Positions 9,523 to 18,426 of a stretch of 64,000 nucleotides of DNA are shown here, piece by piece; within the stretch, counting starts at the first letter, position 1, and each line of letters opens with the position of its first letter. Below the pieces are notes generated by a model. That model searched no databases and was not told where the DNA came from. It saw nothing but the letters and a program-made list of their open reading frames with translations. Location: contig CAZXMM010000001.1 in assembly GCA_964641255.1 (NCBI GenBank), positions 745,890 to 809,889 of the forward strand, given 5' to 3'. Both the position numbers and the translations under genes were made by a program. The DNA comes from an uncultured Gammaproteobacteria bacterium. Its GTDB lineage: Bacteria > Patescibacteriota > Microgenomatia > JAMCZE01.

Positions 9523-9921
9523 ATGGACGAACCACTTACTAACCCAGCCGTAAGTCCGCCAGTCAACCCGGTAGTAAATGACAGTGCTAAAGGAGTAGAA
9601 CCCAGTCCCAGACACTGGGGATTTAAAACCATCCTTCTGCTAGCATTGGGTGGGGTAATAGTTTTACTGGGCCTGTTCTATTTAGTGTTGGTGCTTTTTT
9701 CTCGGCCCAAAACTATCCCAGTGCCCACTCCCAAACCCAAAGTAGTCATTAAAGAAGAAATTATTGAGACTCCACCGCTGTCCAAATTTGCCAGCGACAG
9801 CGCTATTATTAGCCTCCGCACTAGTCTACAACAATTGCAGGGAAAGATTGACACTGTAGACTTTTATGAGGCGCAGATCACCCCGCCACTAATTGATACC
9901 AGTATTGCTATCCAGCCATAA
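9523..9921 (+). CDS. Single-pass membrane hypothetical protein
   Basis: Pro-rich N-terminus, one TM helix, Pro-rich linker. Confidence 0.65.
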   Translation: MDEPLTNPAVSPPVNPVVNDSAKGVEPSPRHWGFKTILLLALGGVIVLLGLFYLVLVLFSRPKTIPVPTPKPKVVIKEEIIETPPLSKFASDSAIISLRTSLQQLQGKIDTVDFYEAQITPPLIDTSIAIQP

Positions 9922-9976
9922 GACCCGGAAAGAAATGACCCTTGTCTTAGCTTGGACCCTAATCTAAAATAGCCAC

Positions 9977-10846
9977 ATGACTACCGCACTCACTAGGCTC
10001 TCTGGTTCGGCTTTCGAACTGACCCTCACGGTTCCTTGGGCTGATGTTAAAGCCGTCTACGATCACGTGTTTGACGAGCTCGCGGCCGAGATTGAAATTG
10101 AGGGTTTTCGTAAAGGCAAAGCCCCCAAAGAAGCGGTGGCCGCCAAACTGGACAAAGGCAAGATTTACGGCGAGGTTGTTAACCACCTCCTCCCCGAGGC
10201 TTATTCTAAAGCACTAGCTGAGCACAATCTTAAGCCGGTCATGGCCCCCAAAGTGCAGGTGACTTCCGCTGAGGAGGACAAAGAGTGGCAGTTCATTGTT
10301 AGGGCCGCAGAAAAACCCACCATTGAGCTGGGTAATTACCAGGAAGCTATAAAAGCAGCCAACGCCAAAGGCCTGATCTGGACTCCTGACAAAGCGGCAG
10401 ACGCTAAAACTGAGGCGGATCCGAAAAATGAGCAAGAGGCCAAAAACAAAAAGCTCTCAGCGGTTATTGACCTGCTAATTAGCACAGTTAAAGTGGATAT
10501 TGCCGATATTTTAATCGAGGCCGAGACCAATCGGCTTTTGACGGCTCTTCTTGAGGATGTGCGCCAAGCGGGACTGACCTACGAACAATACCTCCAGAGC
10601 AGTGGTCAAACCGCCGAGGCGGTTAGAGAAAAGTACAAGAACCAGGCACTGACCACCCTCAAGCTCGAGTTCATCCTGGAAGCGGTCGCCGACGACCTTA
10701 AAACTCAGGTCAGTGAGGAGGAAATTAGCGCCATTATTGCCAAGGAAACTGACGAAGAGAAAAAGAAAGCCCTGACTGAGCAGTCCTATCTGCTAGCTTC
10801 TGTTCTTAGACGCGAAAAGACGCTCACTCAGCTCTTGTCACTCTAG
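9977..10846 (+). CDS. tig: Trigger factor lacking the FKBP PPIase domain
   Basis: Ribosome-binding signature GFRKGKAP; 289 aa with N domain joined to SurA-like C domain. Confidence 0.88.
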   Translation: MTTALTRLSGSAFELTLTVPWADVKAVYDHVFDELAAEIEIEGFRKGKAPKEAVAAKLDKGKIYGEVVNHLLPEAYSKALAEHNLKPVMAPKVQVTSAEEDKEWQFIVRAAEKPTIELGNYQEAIKAANAKGLIWTPDKAADAKTEADPKNEQEAKNKKLSAVIDLLISTVKVDIADILIEAETNRLLTALLEDVRQAGLTYEQYLQSSGQTAEAVREKYKNQALTTLKLEFILEAVADDLKTQVSEEEISAIIAKETDEEKKKALTEQSYLLASVLRREKTLTQLLSL

Positions 10847-10889
10847 ACAGCCTGTAGTATAATTGCCCATACAAATCAGGTAGGGGCAT

Positions 10890-11522
10890 ATGGCCAACAT
10901 TCAAAAAATTAAGCGTCCAATTGAAGACTTCACCTCCGAAATCGCCGGAGAGCTGGCTAGTGTTCCCAAAGACATCGGCAAATCCATTCTCCAGGAAATT
11001 GGTCTGGGCGGACTAGTCGGCAGTTCTGAAAAGAAAGTTGATGGCAAATTAGAAGGCTCTATTGATCTACGGAAAAAAATCGACTCTACTGAGAAAAAGT
11101 TGGCTAGCACTGAGGTCTCGATGGAGGCCAAAATGCGCCAAATGCGCTTTGTTAATGAGAGCGAAAGTAAGGAGCTGGCCCGCACTAAACAGACCATGCA
11201 ACAGCAAGTTGAGGCCCTCCTGAGAGAGCTGCGAGCCGAAGCTGCTAAAATCCAGGCCCAAACGGCAGATCTGACTGGGGAAGCAAGAAATCTCTCGGTC
11301 AGTAGTACCCCAAATAACCTGGGCCAGTACCATGTCAATTTCTTTGAGTACGTGATCAGCTCTCTTAAAGATATTCGCCGCAAAGTTAATGAGAGTCGCA
11401 TGTGGCTCAATCTCTGGACCAGAAAAAAGCAGCAACGTGGCTATTGGCAACAGTTTAAGAAAAAGGGCGGTATGGAGTGGGCCATGAATGAAGAAAGAGC
11501 TTTAGCAACATCAAATGGATGA
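10890..11522 (+). CDS. Coiled-coil hypothetical protein (DUF5660-like)
   Basis: C-terminal GQYHVNFFE...RRKVNES..WL...KK..RGYW pattern, recalled from a CPR family. Confidence 0.6.
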   Translation: MANIQKIKRPIEDFTSEIAGELASVPKDIGKSILQEIGLGGLVGSSEKKVDGKLEGSIDLRKKIDSTEKKLASTEVSMEAKMRQMRFVNESESKELARTKQTMQQQVEALLRELRAEAAKIQAQTADLTGEARNLSVSSTPNNLGQYHVNFFEYVISSLKDIRRKVNESRMWLNLWTRKKQQRGYWQQFKKKGGMEWAMNEERALATSNG

Positions 11523-11721
11523 TTTAATTAAAGCAGCTATTCAAAATAAAGAACTAATAATAGGTGGACTATTTGTGTTGGGTTCGCTTCTATACTTGCG
11601 CTCTCAACTGGGCCGAGCTGAGGTGCTGGCGGGGAAAAATTTTCTTGAGGGAAAGTCACAAGTTATCGATAAAAAAGCAGCTGGGGAAATTCTTAAAAGT
11701 CACGCCGATAAAGAACGTTAG
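11515..11721 (+). CDS. Small membrane hypothetical protein
   Basis: 68 aa, one TM; overlaps the upstream stop. Confidence 0.45.
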   Translation: MDDLIKAAIQNKELIIGGLFVLGSLLYLRSQLGRAEVLAGKNFLEGKSQVIDKKAAGEILKSHADKER

Positions 11722-11745
11722 ATACCATTTAGCTCGAAATTTTTT

Positions 11746-11976
11746 ATGCAATCTCCCTATTTAGATTTTTTTTGTGCCGCTGCAGCGATTGGTATGGGGG
11801 CGACCGTAATCTGGGCACGCAACGTATATGATGGGTATGTTGTAGGGTCTAGAAAGCGAGACCGTGAACTCAATGATCGGTTAGATACTATCGTAAATCT
11901 TGGGTTTGGCAACGCTGGCCTTAAATTTCAAACGCGCGGTAATCCACTTTTTTCTTCTCACTCTCCAGAGCGCTAA
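11746..11976 (+). CDS. Small hypothetical protein
   Basis: 76 aa ORF with N-terminal hydrophobic segment. Confidence 0.4.
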   Translation: MQSPYLDFFCAAAAIGMGATVIWARNVYDGYVVGSRKRDRELNDRLDTIVNLGFGNAGLKFQTRGNPLFSSHSPER

Positions 11977-12003
11977 GGCTAGTGTATAATGCTTCAATGG
12001 GTT

Positions 12004-12077
12004 GGGCTCATAGCTCAGTTGGCTAGAGCGCTACATTGACATTGTAGAGGTCTCAGGTTCAAGTCCTGATGGGCCCA
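12004..12077 (+). tRNA. tRNA-Val(GAC)
   Basis: Acceptor GGGCTCA/TGGGCCC, anticodon arm CTACA-TTGACAT-TGTAG, T arm TCAGG-TTCAAGT-CCTGA; CCA not encoded; TATAAT at 11985-11990. Confidence 0.95.
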
Positions 12078-12092
12078 CAGAGGTTTAAACAA

Positions 12093-12662
12093 ATGGTGAC
12101 ACATTCTTTGGCGATATTATTACTTCTTGGTTTTATTGTTATCTCTGAAAGCTCCAGTAGAACTCCTGGTCCAGCTAAAAAGATGAAAGTGAATGGAAAG
12201 TTCCAATTGCACACTTTTCTTTATTTAGTCTTAACACTTACTGGGATTGCTTTAGGAGTTCTTCTTCTTATTTTTCGCGTGGGCTATATTTCAAATTCCG
12301 AATTGATAGGATGGATTGGTATTGCTTTAATGATTTTAGCCATCTTCCTTAGAACCATTGCCATGAATACACTGGGGAAATACCACACACGATCATTAAT
12401 CACCCTGCCTAATCAACCAATAATACAAACAGGAATATATAAATATATTCGTCATCCTGGATATTTGGGCTCGATAATTGGGGGCATTGGCTTTGCCATA
12501 GCTACAACTAATTGGCTGATTATGGTTTATGCCGCGATAGCCTTGATAGTTGTTTTCCATTTTCGCATTGTCGCTGAAGAAAAAATGATGCTAACTACCT
12601 TTGGAGCAAAATATAAAGAATACTCTTCTAAGACAAAAAGGCTGGTTCCATTCATATTTTAG
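12093..12662 (+). CDS. Isoprenylcysteine carboxyl methyltransferase (ICMT/Ste14) family membrane protein
   Basis: GIYKYIRHPGYLG, R...EE...FG..Y..Y...RLVP motifs; ATG 12093 is the first start outside the tRNA. Confidence 0.85.
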   Translation: MVTHSLAILLLLGFIVISESSSRTPGPAKKMKVNGKFQLHTFLYLVLTLTGIALGVLLLIFRVGYISNSELIGWIGIALMILAIFLRTIAMNTLGKYHTRSLITLPNQPIIQTGIYKYIRHPGYLGSIIGGIGFAIATTNWLIMVYAAIALIVVFHFRIVAEEKMMLTTFGAKYKEYSSKTKRLVPFIF

Positions 12663-12700
12663 AAACTTGAGCATTAAACGATGGCAGTAATTTCCGATAT

Positions 12701-12744
12701 TCACTCAAAAGCGGTTCAATGTCGTTAACATAGGACCCACCAAA
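12701..12744 (+). repeat. 44-bp direct repeat copy 1 (tRNA-3'-end-like hairpin ending ACCA)
   Basis: TCACTCAAAAGCGGTTCAATGTCGTTAACATAGGACCCACCAAA; 38/44 identical to 13558..13601. Confidence 0.85.
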
Positions 12745-12832
12745 GCTGAACAGGTCTTCGGAAAGGTCCATTTACTAAACTGGTATACGGTCTTATTGTG
12801 GAAAATACGGAAGACTCTTCGATATTCGATTA

Positions 12833-13477
12833 CTAATCAAATAAGTAGCCTTCTACATCTGAATCAAAATCAGGCCCATCATCGTCAGGGTGCTTAGCCA
12901 TACTAGCAAGATCTTGGGCAAATTGATCAGAATTCAAATAATCTGAATTCCATCGTCTGGAAAAATTCTCAAGCAAATTAACTACTGTCTCTAAATTGCT
13001 CTTTCTATCCTGGCCCTTATTAGATCTGACTTTAAGTTCATCTAATCTAGAGACATCTCCTTCAACTAAAATAAATGACTCACTTTCAATTCGGCCTTCT
13101 GCCCACATTTTTCTAACAAGTTCAATCTTTGCTACCTTTTTGGCTTTGTTGTATGTCCCGGCAAGTTTGAACTGCGGTACTTTCCTCTCACCATCATTAA
13201 AGCTATAACCCATCACTTTCATGTTTGGCATTGATTCTGACGCGAAATCAATTCGATCTGGATCTTCGTCGGATAGATAGATCCGTTCCGCAGCATTTTC
13301 ATTTCCATCTGGAGTAAGTCGCCAAATAGTTTCTTCGTCTCGGGAATCAAGATAGGGAACTCCTATTGCCGCTGCTCTGTGTCTAAATGTATCAGCTATA
13401 TCGACTATCCGGTTTATACTTTGTGACAAGCGAGTTTCTGGAAGCACGGGGATTTCTCTAGCATCAGAGTTTAGCAT
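12833..13477 (-). CDS. Hypothetical protein (acidic C-terminus)
   Basis: 214 aa ORF; TAGAAT 5 nt before ATG. Confidence 0.65.
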   Translation of the reverse strand: MLNSDAREIPVLPETRLSQSINRIVDIADTFRHRAAAIGVPYLDSRDEETIWRLTPDGNENAAERIYLSDEDPDRIDFASESMPNMKVMGYSFNDGERKVPQFKLAGTYNKAKKVAKIELVRKMWAEGRIESESFILVEGDVSRLDELKVRSNKGQDRKSNLETVVNLLENFSRRWNSDYLNSDQFAQDLASMAKHPDDDGPDFDSDVEGYLFD

Positions 13478-13557
13478 ACATCATTCTATCACTAATTTTT
13501 CCCGTTGCTACTTATCCCCAATGGGGAGCACTTAATTCTTGATATAATCGGATATAC

Positions 13558-13601
13558 TCACTTAGCAGTGGTTCAATGTTGTTAACATAGGGCCCACCAA
13601 A
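13558..13601 (+). repeat. 44-bp direct repeat copy 2 (tRNA-3'-end-like hairpin ending ACCA)
   Basis: TCACTTAGCAGTGGTTCAATGTTGTTAACATAGGGCCCACCAAA; GGGCCCAC matches the tRNA-Val 3' end. Confidence 0.85.
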
Positions 13602-13621
13602 AGTTTTAAATAGAAAACACT

Positions 13622-14233
13622 ATGATTAAGGCAATCACGTTTGATCTCGACGGTGTCTATTTCCCTGATGGCAAAACTAACTTTATAACAGCTCTTAGAG
13701 AACGTGGGGTTTCCGAGGAGGAAGCCAAGCGGGTCTTCCTTAAGAGCGAGGAAATGAATAGTCGCTACAAGCTCGGAGCGATGTCAGATAAGGAATATTG
13801 GACTTGGGCTGGTAAAGAATGGGGGTTAGATCTCTCGCCTCAACAACTTATTGATCTGCTCATCTCTAGCTATAGTGTTAGCCCTCAGGTTGAGGAGATA
13901 GTACGGTCGGCTCGGGTCAAGGGCTTTAAAACCCTAGTTTGTTCAAATAACTTTCCCGCTCGGGTAAACGGCCTTCAGCAACGGTTCAATTTTTTAAATA
14001 ATTTTGATGCAGCTGTATTTTCCTACGAAGTAGCCGCTACAAAACCCTCGGAAGTTATTTTTGTTGAACTGGTTAAACGGGCGGGAGTCTTAGCTAATGA
14101 AATTGCCTTTGCCGATGACAATCCTACTAATTTAGCAGGCGCTCAGTCGGTTGGGATTACAACTTTTCTTTATGAAGGCTTTGATAAGTTTATTGACCAA
14201 CTCAAAGGTCTAGGAGTAGACTTAACAGAATGA
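13622..14233 (+). CDS. HAD-family phosphatase
   Basis: FDLDGV, SNN, KP and ADD motifs. Confidence 0.88.
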   Translation: MIKAITFDLDGVYFPDGKTNFITALRERGVSEEEAKRVFLKSEEMNSRYKLGAMSDKEYWTWAGKEWGLDLSPQQLIDLLISSYSVSPQVEEIVRSARVKGFKTLVCSNNFPARVNGLQQRFNFLNNFDAAVFSYEVAATKPSEVIFVELVKRAGVLANEIAFADDNPTNLAGAQSVGITTFLYEGFDKFIDQLKGLGVDLTE

Positions 14234-14712
14234 TCCAAAGTAACGCTCCCAAAAATTACGAGTGCCCAATCTGTCTTGGAGTACAAGGCAGTGACAGTGC
14301 AAAAACCCTAATGAGACCTAGTGATCTAGTCTATAAAGATGAGTTGGTCTCAGCTTTTATTAACTCGTTCTTTGTTGGAAAGAATTCCGGACACGTCATT
14401 GTGGTTCCCAACGAACACTACGAAACTATTTACACACTGCCAACCGAGTTAGGACACCGTATTTTTGATGTCGCCCAAAAAATTGCACTGGCTATGAAAG
14501 AAGCGTACCAGTGTGACGGCATTACAACCAGGAATAATAATGAGCCAGCCGGGGATCAGCACGCCTTCCATTTTCATTTCCATGTGTTCCCTCGCTACAA
14601 GGATGACGGCTATAACACTATCCCTCCATCGGACAAACGCTTGGCCGAACCGACGGAACGGGCTGGTTATGCTGTTAAAATAAAAGCCGCGTTGAATAGG
14701 CCGAACACCTAA
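14230..14712 (+). CDS. HIT family nucleotide hydrolase
   Basis: CPIC, H-F-H-F-H-V-F-P-R histidine triad. Confidence 0.92.
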   Translation: MIQSNAPKNYECPICLGVQGSDSAKTLMRPSDLVYKDELVSAFINSFFVGKNSGHVIVVPNEHYETIYTLPTELGHRIFDVAQKIALAMKEAYQCDGITTRNNNEPAGDQHAFHFHFHVFPRYKDDGYNTIPPSDKRLAEPTERAGYAVKIKAALNRPNT

Positions 14713-14825
14713 AGCTCCACTAGTAAAGACTATGTTAGAAGCGCATCCAGTCTATTAGCGCCATTTACTTTGGTCCGCAATCCAGTCCTCTTTTACTATA
14801 AGACTTTAGTTGCTACAATCTTACC

Positions 14826-15098
14826 ATGGGAGTAAAAGTAAAGATTGAGGGGAATTGCAGTGAGGCGCCCAATTGTTCTCTTTTGCGACAATATCCACTT
14901 GTGTGTCAAATTCATGAGAGACAATATTTTGGACGAGGAAGTGATGAAAAGACGGCGAGAAATCAGGCCCGTAGCAAAGCTACACATCCACAAAAACTTG
15001 TTTTTGATAATTACCGAAGATTTAATTTACGCTGTAAAAAAGCCGAATTTACCTGGACACTTTTAAGTTCAACCCAACCCACAGCAGATAAAAATTAA
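14826..15098 (+). CDS. Small Cys-containing hypothetical protein
   Basis: 90 aa; TACAAT 6 nt before ATG. Confidence 0.45.
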   Translation: MGVKVKIEGNCSEAPNCSLLRQYPLVCQIHERQYFGRGSDEKTARNQARSKATHPQKLVFDNYRRFNLRCKKAEFTWTLLSSTQPTADKN

Positions 15099-15133
15099 TT
15101 GATTGGATAGTACTTACCTATATTCGCTAGCTC

Positions 15134-15397
15134 ATGGAAGATGCTGATAGATCTGTAACTATACAATTTACGAATTCTCACCTTGGAGTGGTGGGTGGAC
15201 TGGGAAGTAGTCCTAGACGACTGGGGATTGACGGACCGGTGGAAGGGAAAGTTCATACTTTCTCAGGTGGAGCGAGAAAACTGGTGTGGTGGAGAGTTGG
15301 GGGTCGAAAACACCCAGAACTAAACGAGTTGGCAAAGCGACGAGCTGATGAAAGATTTGCAGCTTGGAAAGCACAAAATGACCAAGATAATTCATGA
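15134..15397 (+). CDS. Small hypothetical protein
   Basis: 87 aa ORF filling the gap between neighbours. Confidence 0.45.
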   Translation: MEDADRSVTIQFTNSHLGVVGGLGSSPRRLGIDGPVEGKVHTFSGGARKLVWWRVGGRKHPELNELAKRRADERFAAWKAQNDQDNS

Positions 15398-15411
15398 TAT
15401 GATCAAAAAAT

Positions 15412-15963
15412 ATGTCGCGCATAATCATTGGCCTCATTGGCCAGCCACTTTCTGGAAAAGACACGGTCGCCAGTTACCTCCAAAGTGACCATCACTTCAC
15501 CCACATTAGTACAGGAGATCTGGTGAGGGAGTATATAAAAGACCATAATCTTGGAGCCCCAGACAGGCCGCTGGTTGCCGCCACCGCTAACAAACTTAGG
15601 GCGGTACATGGTAATGATTATTTGGCAAAGATCGCACTACAACAAGGAGGCGATATTGTCGTCAGTGGGCTAAGACACCCCGACGAGGTCACCGCTCTAA
15701 AAAATGCTGGTGGCACCATTATTGTGGTAACTGCACCCCAGCGGAAGCGTTACGAATGGACGATGAGCAGGAAACGCGAGGGAGACAGTCTTAGCTTTGA
15801 GGAATTTAAAAGACAAGAGGAGGCAGAGTACAACGCTAGTTTTGCCAGTGGCCAGCATGTGTTAAAAGTGCTCGCCATGGCTGATAGTGAAATTGTCAAC
15901 GACGGGACGCTTGATGATCTCAAGAGTAAAGTCCACGAGCTTCTAAAGACACTCTTGCAATAA
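15412..15963 (+). CDS. P-loop nucleotide kinase (dephospho-CoA/adenylate kinase-like)
   Basis: GQPLSGKDT Walker A, ISTGDLVRE, SGLRHPDE, IVNDGT. Confidence 0.85.
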   Translation: MSRIIIGLIGQPLSGKDTVASYLQSDHHFTHISTGDLVREYIKDHNLGAPDRPLVAATANKLRAVHGNDYLAKIALQQGGDIVVSGLRHPDEVTALKNAGGTIIVVTAPQRKRYEWTMSRKREGDSLSFEEFKRQEEAEYNASFASGQHVLKVLAMADSEIVNDGTLDDLKSKVHELLKTLLQ

Positions 15964-15988
15964 GACTCAAACGGGGTACAATAGAAAG

Positions 15989-16126
15989 CAGTTACATTTC
16001 AGCGCCCGCATGAGACTACCAACCTCAAAGCTGAACTGATCCAGCAGACTCGGGAGTTAATTAAGCCACCAAGTCGGATGGAACCGAGCACCGAAGTGCT
16101 CTCCGAGATGACAGTGGCTCTTTTTT
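15989..16126 (+). promoter_or_regulatory. T-box riboswitch leader of thrS
   Basis: Antiterminator TCGGA-[TGGAACC]-GAGCAC-CGAA-GTGCTC-TCCGA (16074-16106); short stem with loop ACTACCAAC holding Thr codon ACC (16018-16020); promoter TTGCAA (15955)/TACAAT (15977). Confidence 0.8.
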
Positions 16127-17902
16127 ATGGCAAAAAACACAGCTAACCAGCTTAATGATCTCAGACACTCAGCTGCACACCTACTGGCTGCCGCAGTTTC
16201 GCAGTTGTACCCAAAGTCATTGCGCACAATTGGCCCATCCATTGAAAATGGGTTTTATTTTGATTTCGACAACCTAAAGATTTCAGAATCTGATCTTCCC
16301 AAGATTGAAGAGAAAATGCACGAAATCGTCAAAGGCTGGAAATCTTTTGCGGGCCAGGAAGTCAGTGTGACAGAGGCCAAGGAAGCCTACAAAGACAATC
16401 CCTACAAAATTGAACTCATTGAAGAGTTTTCAGGCGAAGGACAAAAACTGACTTTTTACAAGTCCGGGGACTATTCTGATCTTTGCCGTGGAGGACACAT
16501 TAAGGATCCTAGCAAAGAACTCAAATTTTTCAAGCTTTTAAAAATCGCGGGGGCGTACTGGAGGGGAAATGAAAAGAATAAAATGCTCACCCGCATCTAT
16601 GGAACGGCCTTTCCATCTCAAGAGGAACTCGATCACTATCTTTGGCAACAAGAAGAAGCCGAGAAGAGGGATCACCGCAAACTAGGAAAGGAGCTCGATC
16701 TCTTTACTTTTTCAGATTTAGTGGGAAGTGGCTTCCCACTTTTTACTCAACGAGGTGCTCTAGTGAGAAGGCTATTAAATGGCTATGTAGAAGAGCTGCA
16801 ATCTAAATCGGGCTACCTACAAGTGTGGACACCGCAGGTAGCAAAAGGGGAACTTTTCAAAATTTCTGGACATTATGACAAATACAAAGAAGACATGTTT
16901 AATGTGGTATCTCATTATTCTGGTGAAGAATTCTTCCTTAAGCCAATGAATTGTCCCCACCACACTCAAATCTATGCAGGGAGGCAGCGAAGCTACAAAG
17001 ATTTGCCAATGCGTCTCACAGACTTTGCCATGCTTTATCGAGATGAAAGGCCTGGCGAACTGAATGGTCTAGCTAGAGTGCGCGCTTTTTCAACAGATGA
17101 TTGTCATATTTTTTGCCGTGAGGATCAAATCGATGCAGAAATAGATTTGGCGCTTTCCATGACAAAAGAGATTATGACAAAGCTTGGATTTAAATATCGC
17201 TACCGACTCTCCACCCGCGATCCCAAAAATCTGGACAAGTATTTAGGCAATAGGGACACCTGGAATAAAGTTGAGAAGTGGGCAGTGCAAATAATGGAGC
17301 GAAATAATATTGAATATTATGATGGCCCAGGGGAAGCATCATTCTACGCTCCAAAGATGGATTTGATGGCAACTGACGCCTTGGGACGAGAATGGCAACT
17401 CTCCACAGTCCAAATCGACTACGTCATGCCAGAGAGATTTAAGCTTCAATACATTGACTCTGATGGATCACTTAAGACTCCTATTATGATTCACCGAGCA
17501 ATCCTTGGGTCATCTGAACGGGCTATGATGGTGCTTCTTGAGCATTTTGCTGGAGCATTTCCAACTTGGCTGTCCCCAGTCCAGGTAGCCATTCTTCCAA
17601 TTGCTGATCGGCATCTAGACTATGCCAGTGAAGTAAAAGAGGTACTAGTAAATGCTAATCTGAGAGTAGAAGTGGACAGTAAAGCTGAAACTCTCGGGGC
17701 CAAGATTAGAAACAATCAGGCCCAGAAAGTGCCCTATATGATCGTGCTCGGGGATAAAGAGGTAGAAGCAAAAAAAATCGCCGTCCGCAGTAGGGATTTG
17801 GGAGATTTGGGACAGATGGAGTTGCAAAAGTTCCTTTCGGAACGTAAAATGGAGATCGATCATCGTCAGTTATCAGCTAATTCGTCAGGCACCATTGATT
17901 AA
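16127..17902 (+). CDS. thrS: Threonyl-tRNA synthetase (no N-terminal TGS domain)
   Basis: RHSAAH, DLCRGGH, RDHRKLG, KPMNCP, IHRA motifs. Confidence 0.98.
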   Translation: MAKNTANQLNDLRHSAAHLLAAAVSQLYPKSLRTIGPSIENGFYFDFDNLKISESDLPKIEEKMHEIVKGWKSFAGQEVSVTEAKEAYKDNPYKIELIEEFSGEGQKLTFYKSGDYSDLCRGGHIKDPSKELKFFKLLKIAGAYWRGNEKNKMLTRIYGTAFPSQEELDHYLWQQEEAEKRDHRKLGKELDLFTFSDLVGSGFPLFTQRGALVRRLLNGYVEELQSKSGYLQVWTPQVAKGELFKISGHYDKYKEDMFNVVSHYSGEEFFLKPMNCPHHTQIYAGRQRSYKDLPMRLTDFAMLYRDERPGELNGLARVRAFSTDDCHIFCREDQIDAEIDLALSMTKEIMTKLGFKYRYRLSTRDPKNLDKYLGNRDTWNKVEKWAVQIMERNNIEYYDGPGEASFYAPKMDLMATDALGREWQLSTVQIDYVMPERFKLQYIDSDGSLKTPIMIHRAILGSSERAMMVLLEHFAGAFPTWLSPVQVAILPIADRHLDYASEVKEVLVNANLRVEVDSKAETLGAKIRNNQAQKVPYMIVLGDKEVEAKKIAVRSRDLGDLGQMELQKFLSERKMEIDHRQLSANSSGTID

Positions 17903-18422
17903 ACAATACAAAGTTAACAGCTCAATTACCGTCCCCGAGGTGCGTCTCTTAGATGCTGAGGGCAAACAAGTTGGGGTAATGAGCCGGGATGAAGCTCTGG
18001 ACTATGCACTAGGACAAGGGGGCGACCTCGTTCTTATTGGTGAGGGCGCCACTCCGCCAGTAGCAAAGATTATCGACTTTAAAAAATTTCTTTATCAGGA
18101 AAAGAAAAAAGAAAACGTTGCCAAAAAAGGGCAGAAGAATTCGGGAACTAAAGAGCTCAGGGTCGGAGGACCCTTTGCCGGAGAAGCAGATGTAGCGGTG
18201 AGACTAAGACGCGCGGAGGAATTTTTAAAAGACGGTTTTGGAGTTAAGGTGGTAGTAAAATTTTCGGGGCGTCAAATGGCTCACCCGGAATTTGGCCACA
18301 AAATTATTAACCAGTTTAGGGAAAAATTAGCGGGAATTGGTAAAGTAGACCGTGAAACCAGATTTGAGGGTAAACAGCTAGTAGTGACTTTTGGACCAGT
18401 TAGTAAATCTAAAGACAAATAA
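17898..18422 (+). CDS. infC: Translation initiation factor IF-3 (probable ATT start)
   Basis: EVRL...DLV...PPVAKIID; in-frame ATT at 17898 (track start TTG 17895); thrS-infC-rpmI-rplT synteny. Confidence 0.95.
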   Translation: MKQYKVNSSITVPEVRLLDAEGKQVGVMSRDEALDYALGQGGDLVLIGEGATPPVAKIIDFKKFLYQEKKKENVAKKGQKNSGTKELRVGGPFAGEADVAVRLRRAEEFLKDGFGVKVVVKFSGRQMAHPEFGHKIINQFREKLAGIGKVDRETRFEGKQLVVTFGPVSKSKDK

Positions 18423-18426
18423 AGCT

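Noticed and set aside
9977-10846. PPIase-less trigger factor (also TGS-less ThrS and B2-less PheT) as novelty
   Set aside because: Domain-reduced forms like these are expected in reduced CPR genomes; useful only as taxonomic clues
10901-11450. Long antisense ORFs here and across gyrA, ppa, pil and recG
   Set aside because: Shadows of well-supported genes on the opposite strand, with no motifs
12069-12092. Track start of the ICMT ORF
   Set aside because: The ATG lies inside tRNA-Val; ATG 12093 is preferred
12701-13601. Repeats as a CRISPR array
   Set aside because: Only two copies, ~810 bp apart, and no cas genes in the window
17895-17900. Non-ATG start of infC
   Set aside because: AUU-start autoregulation of IF-3 is well established
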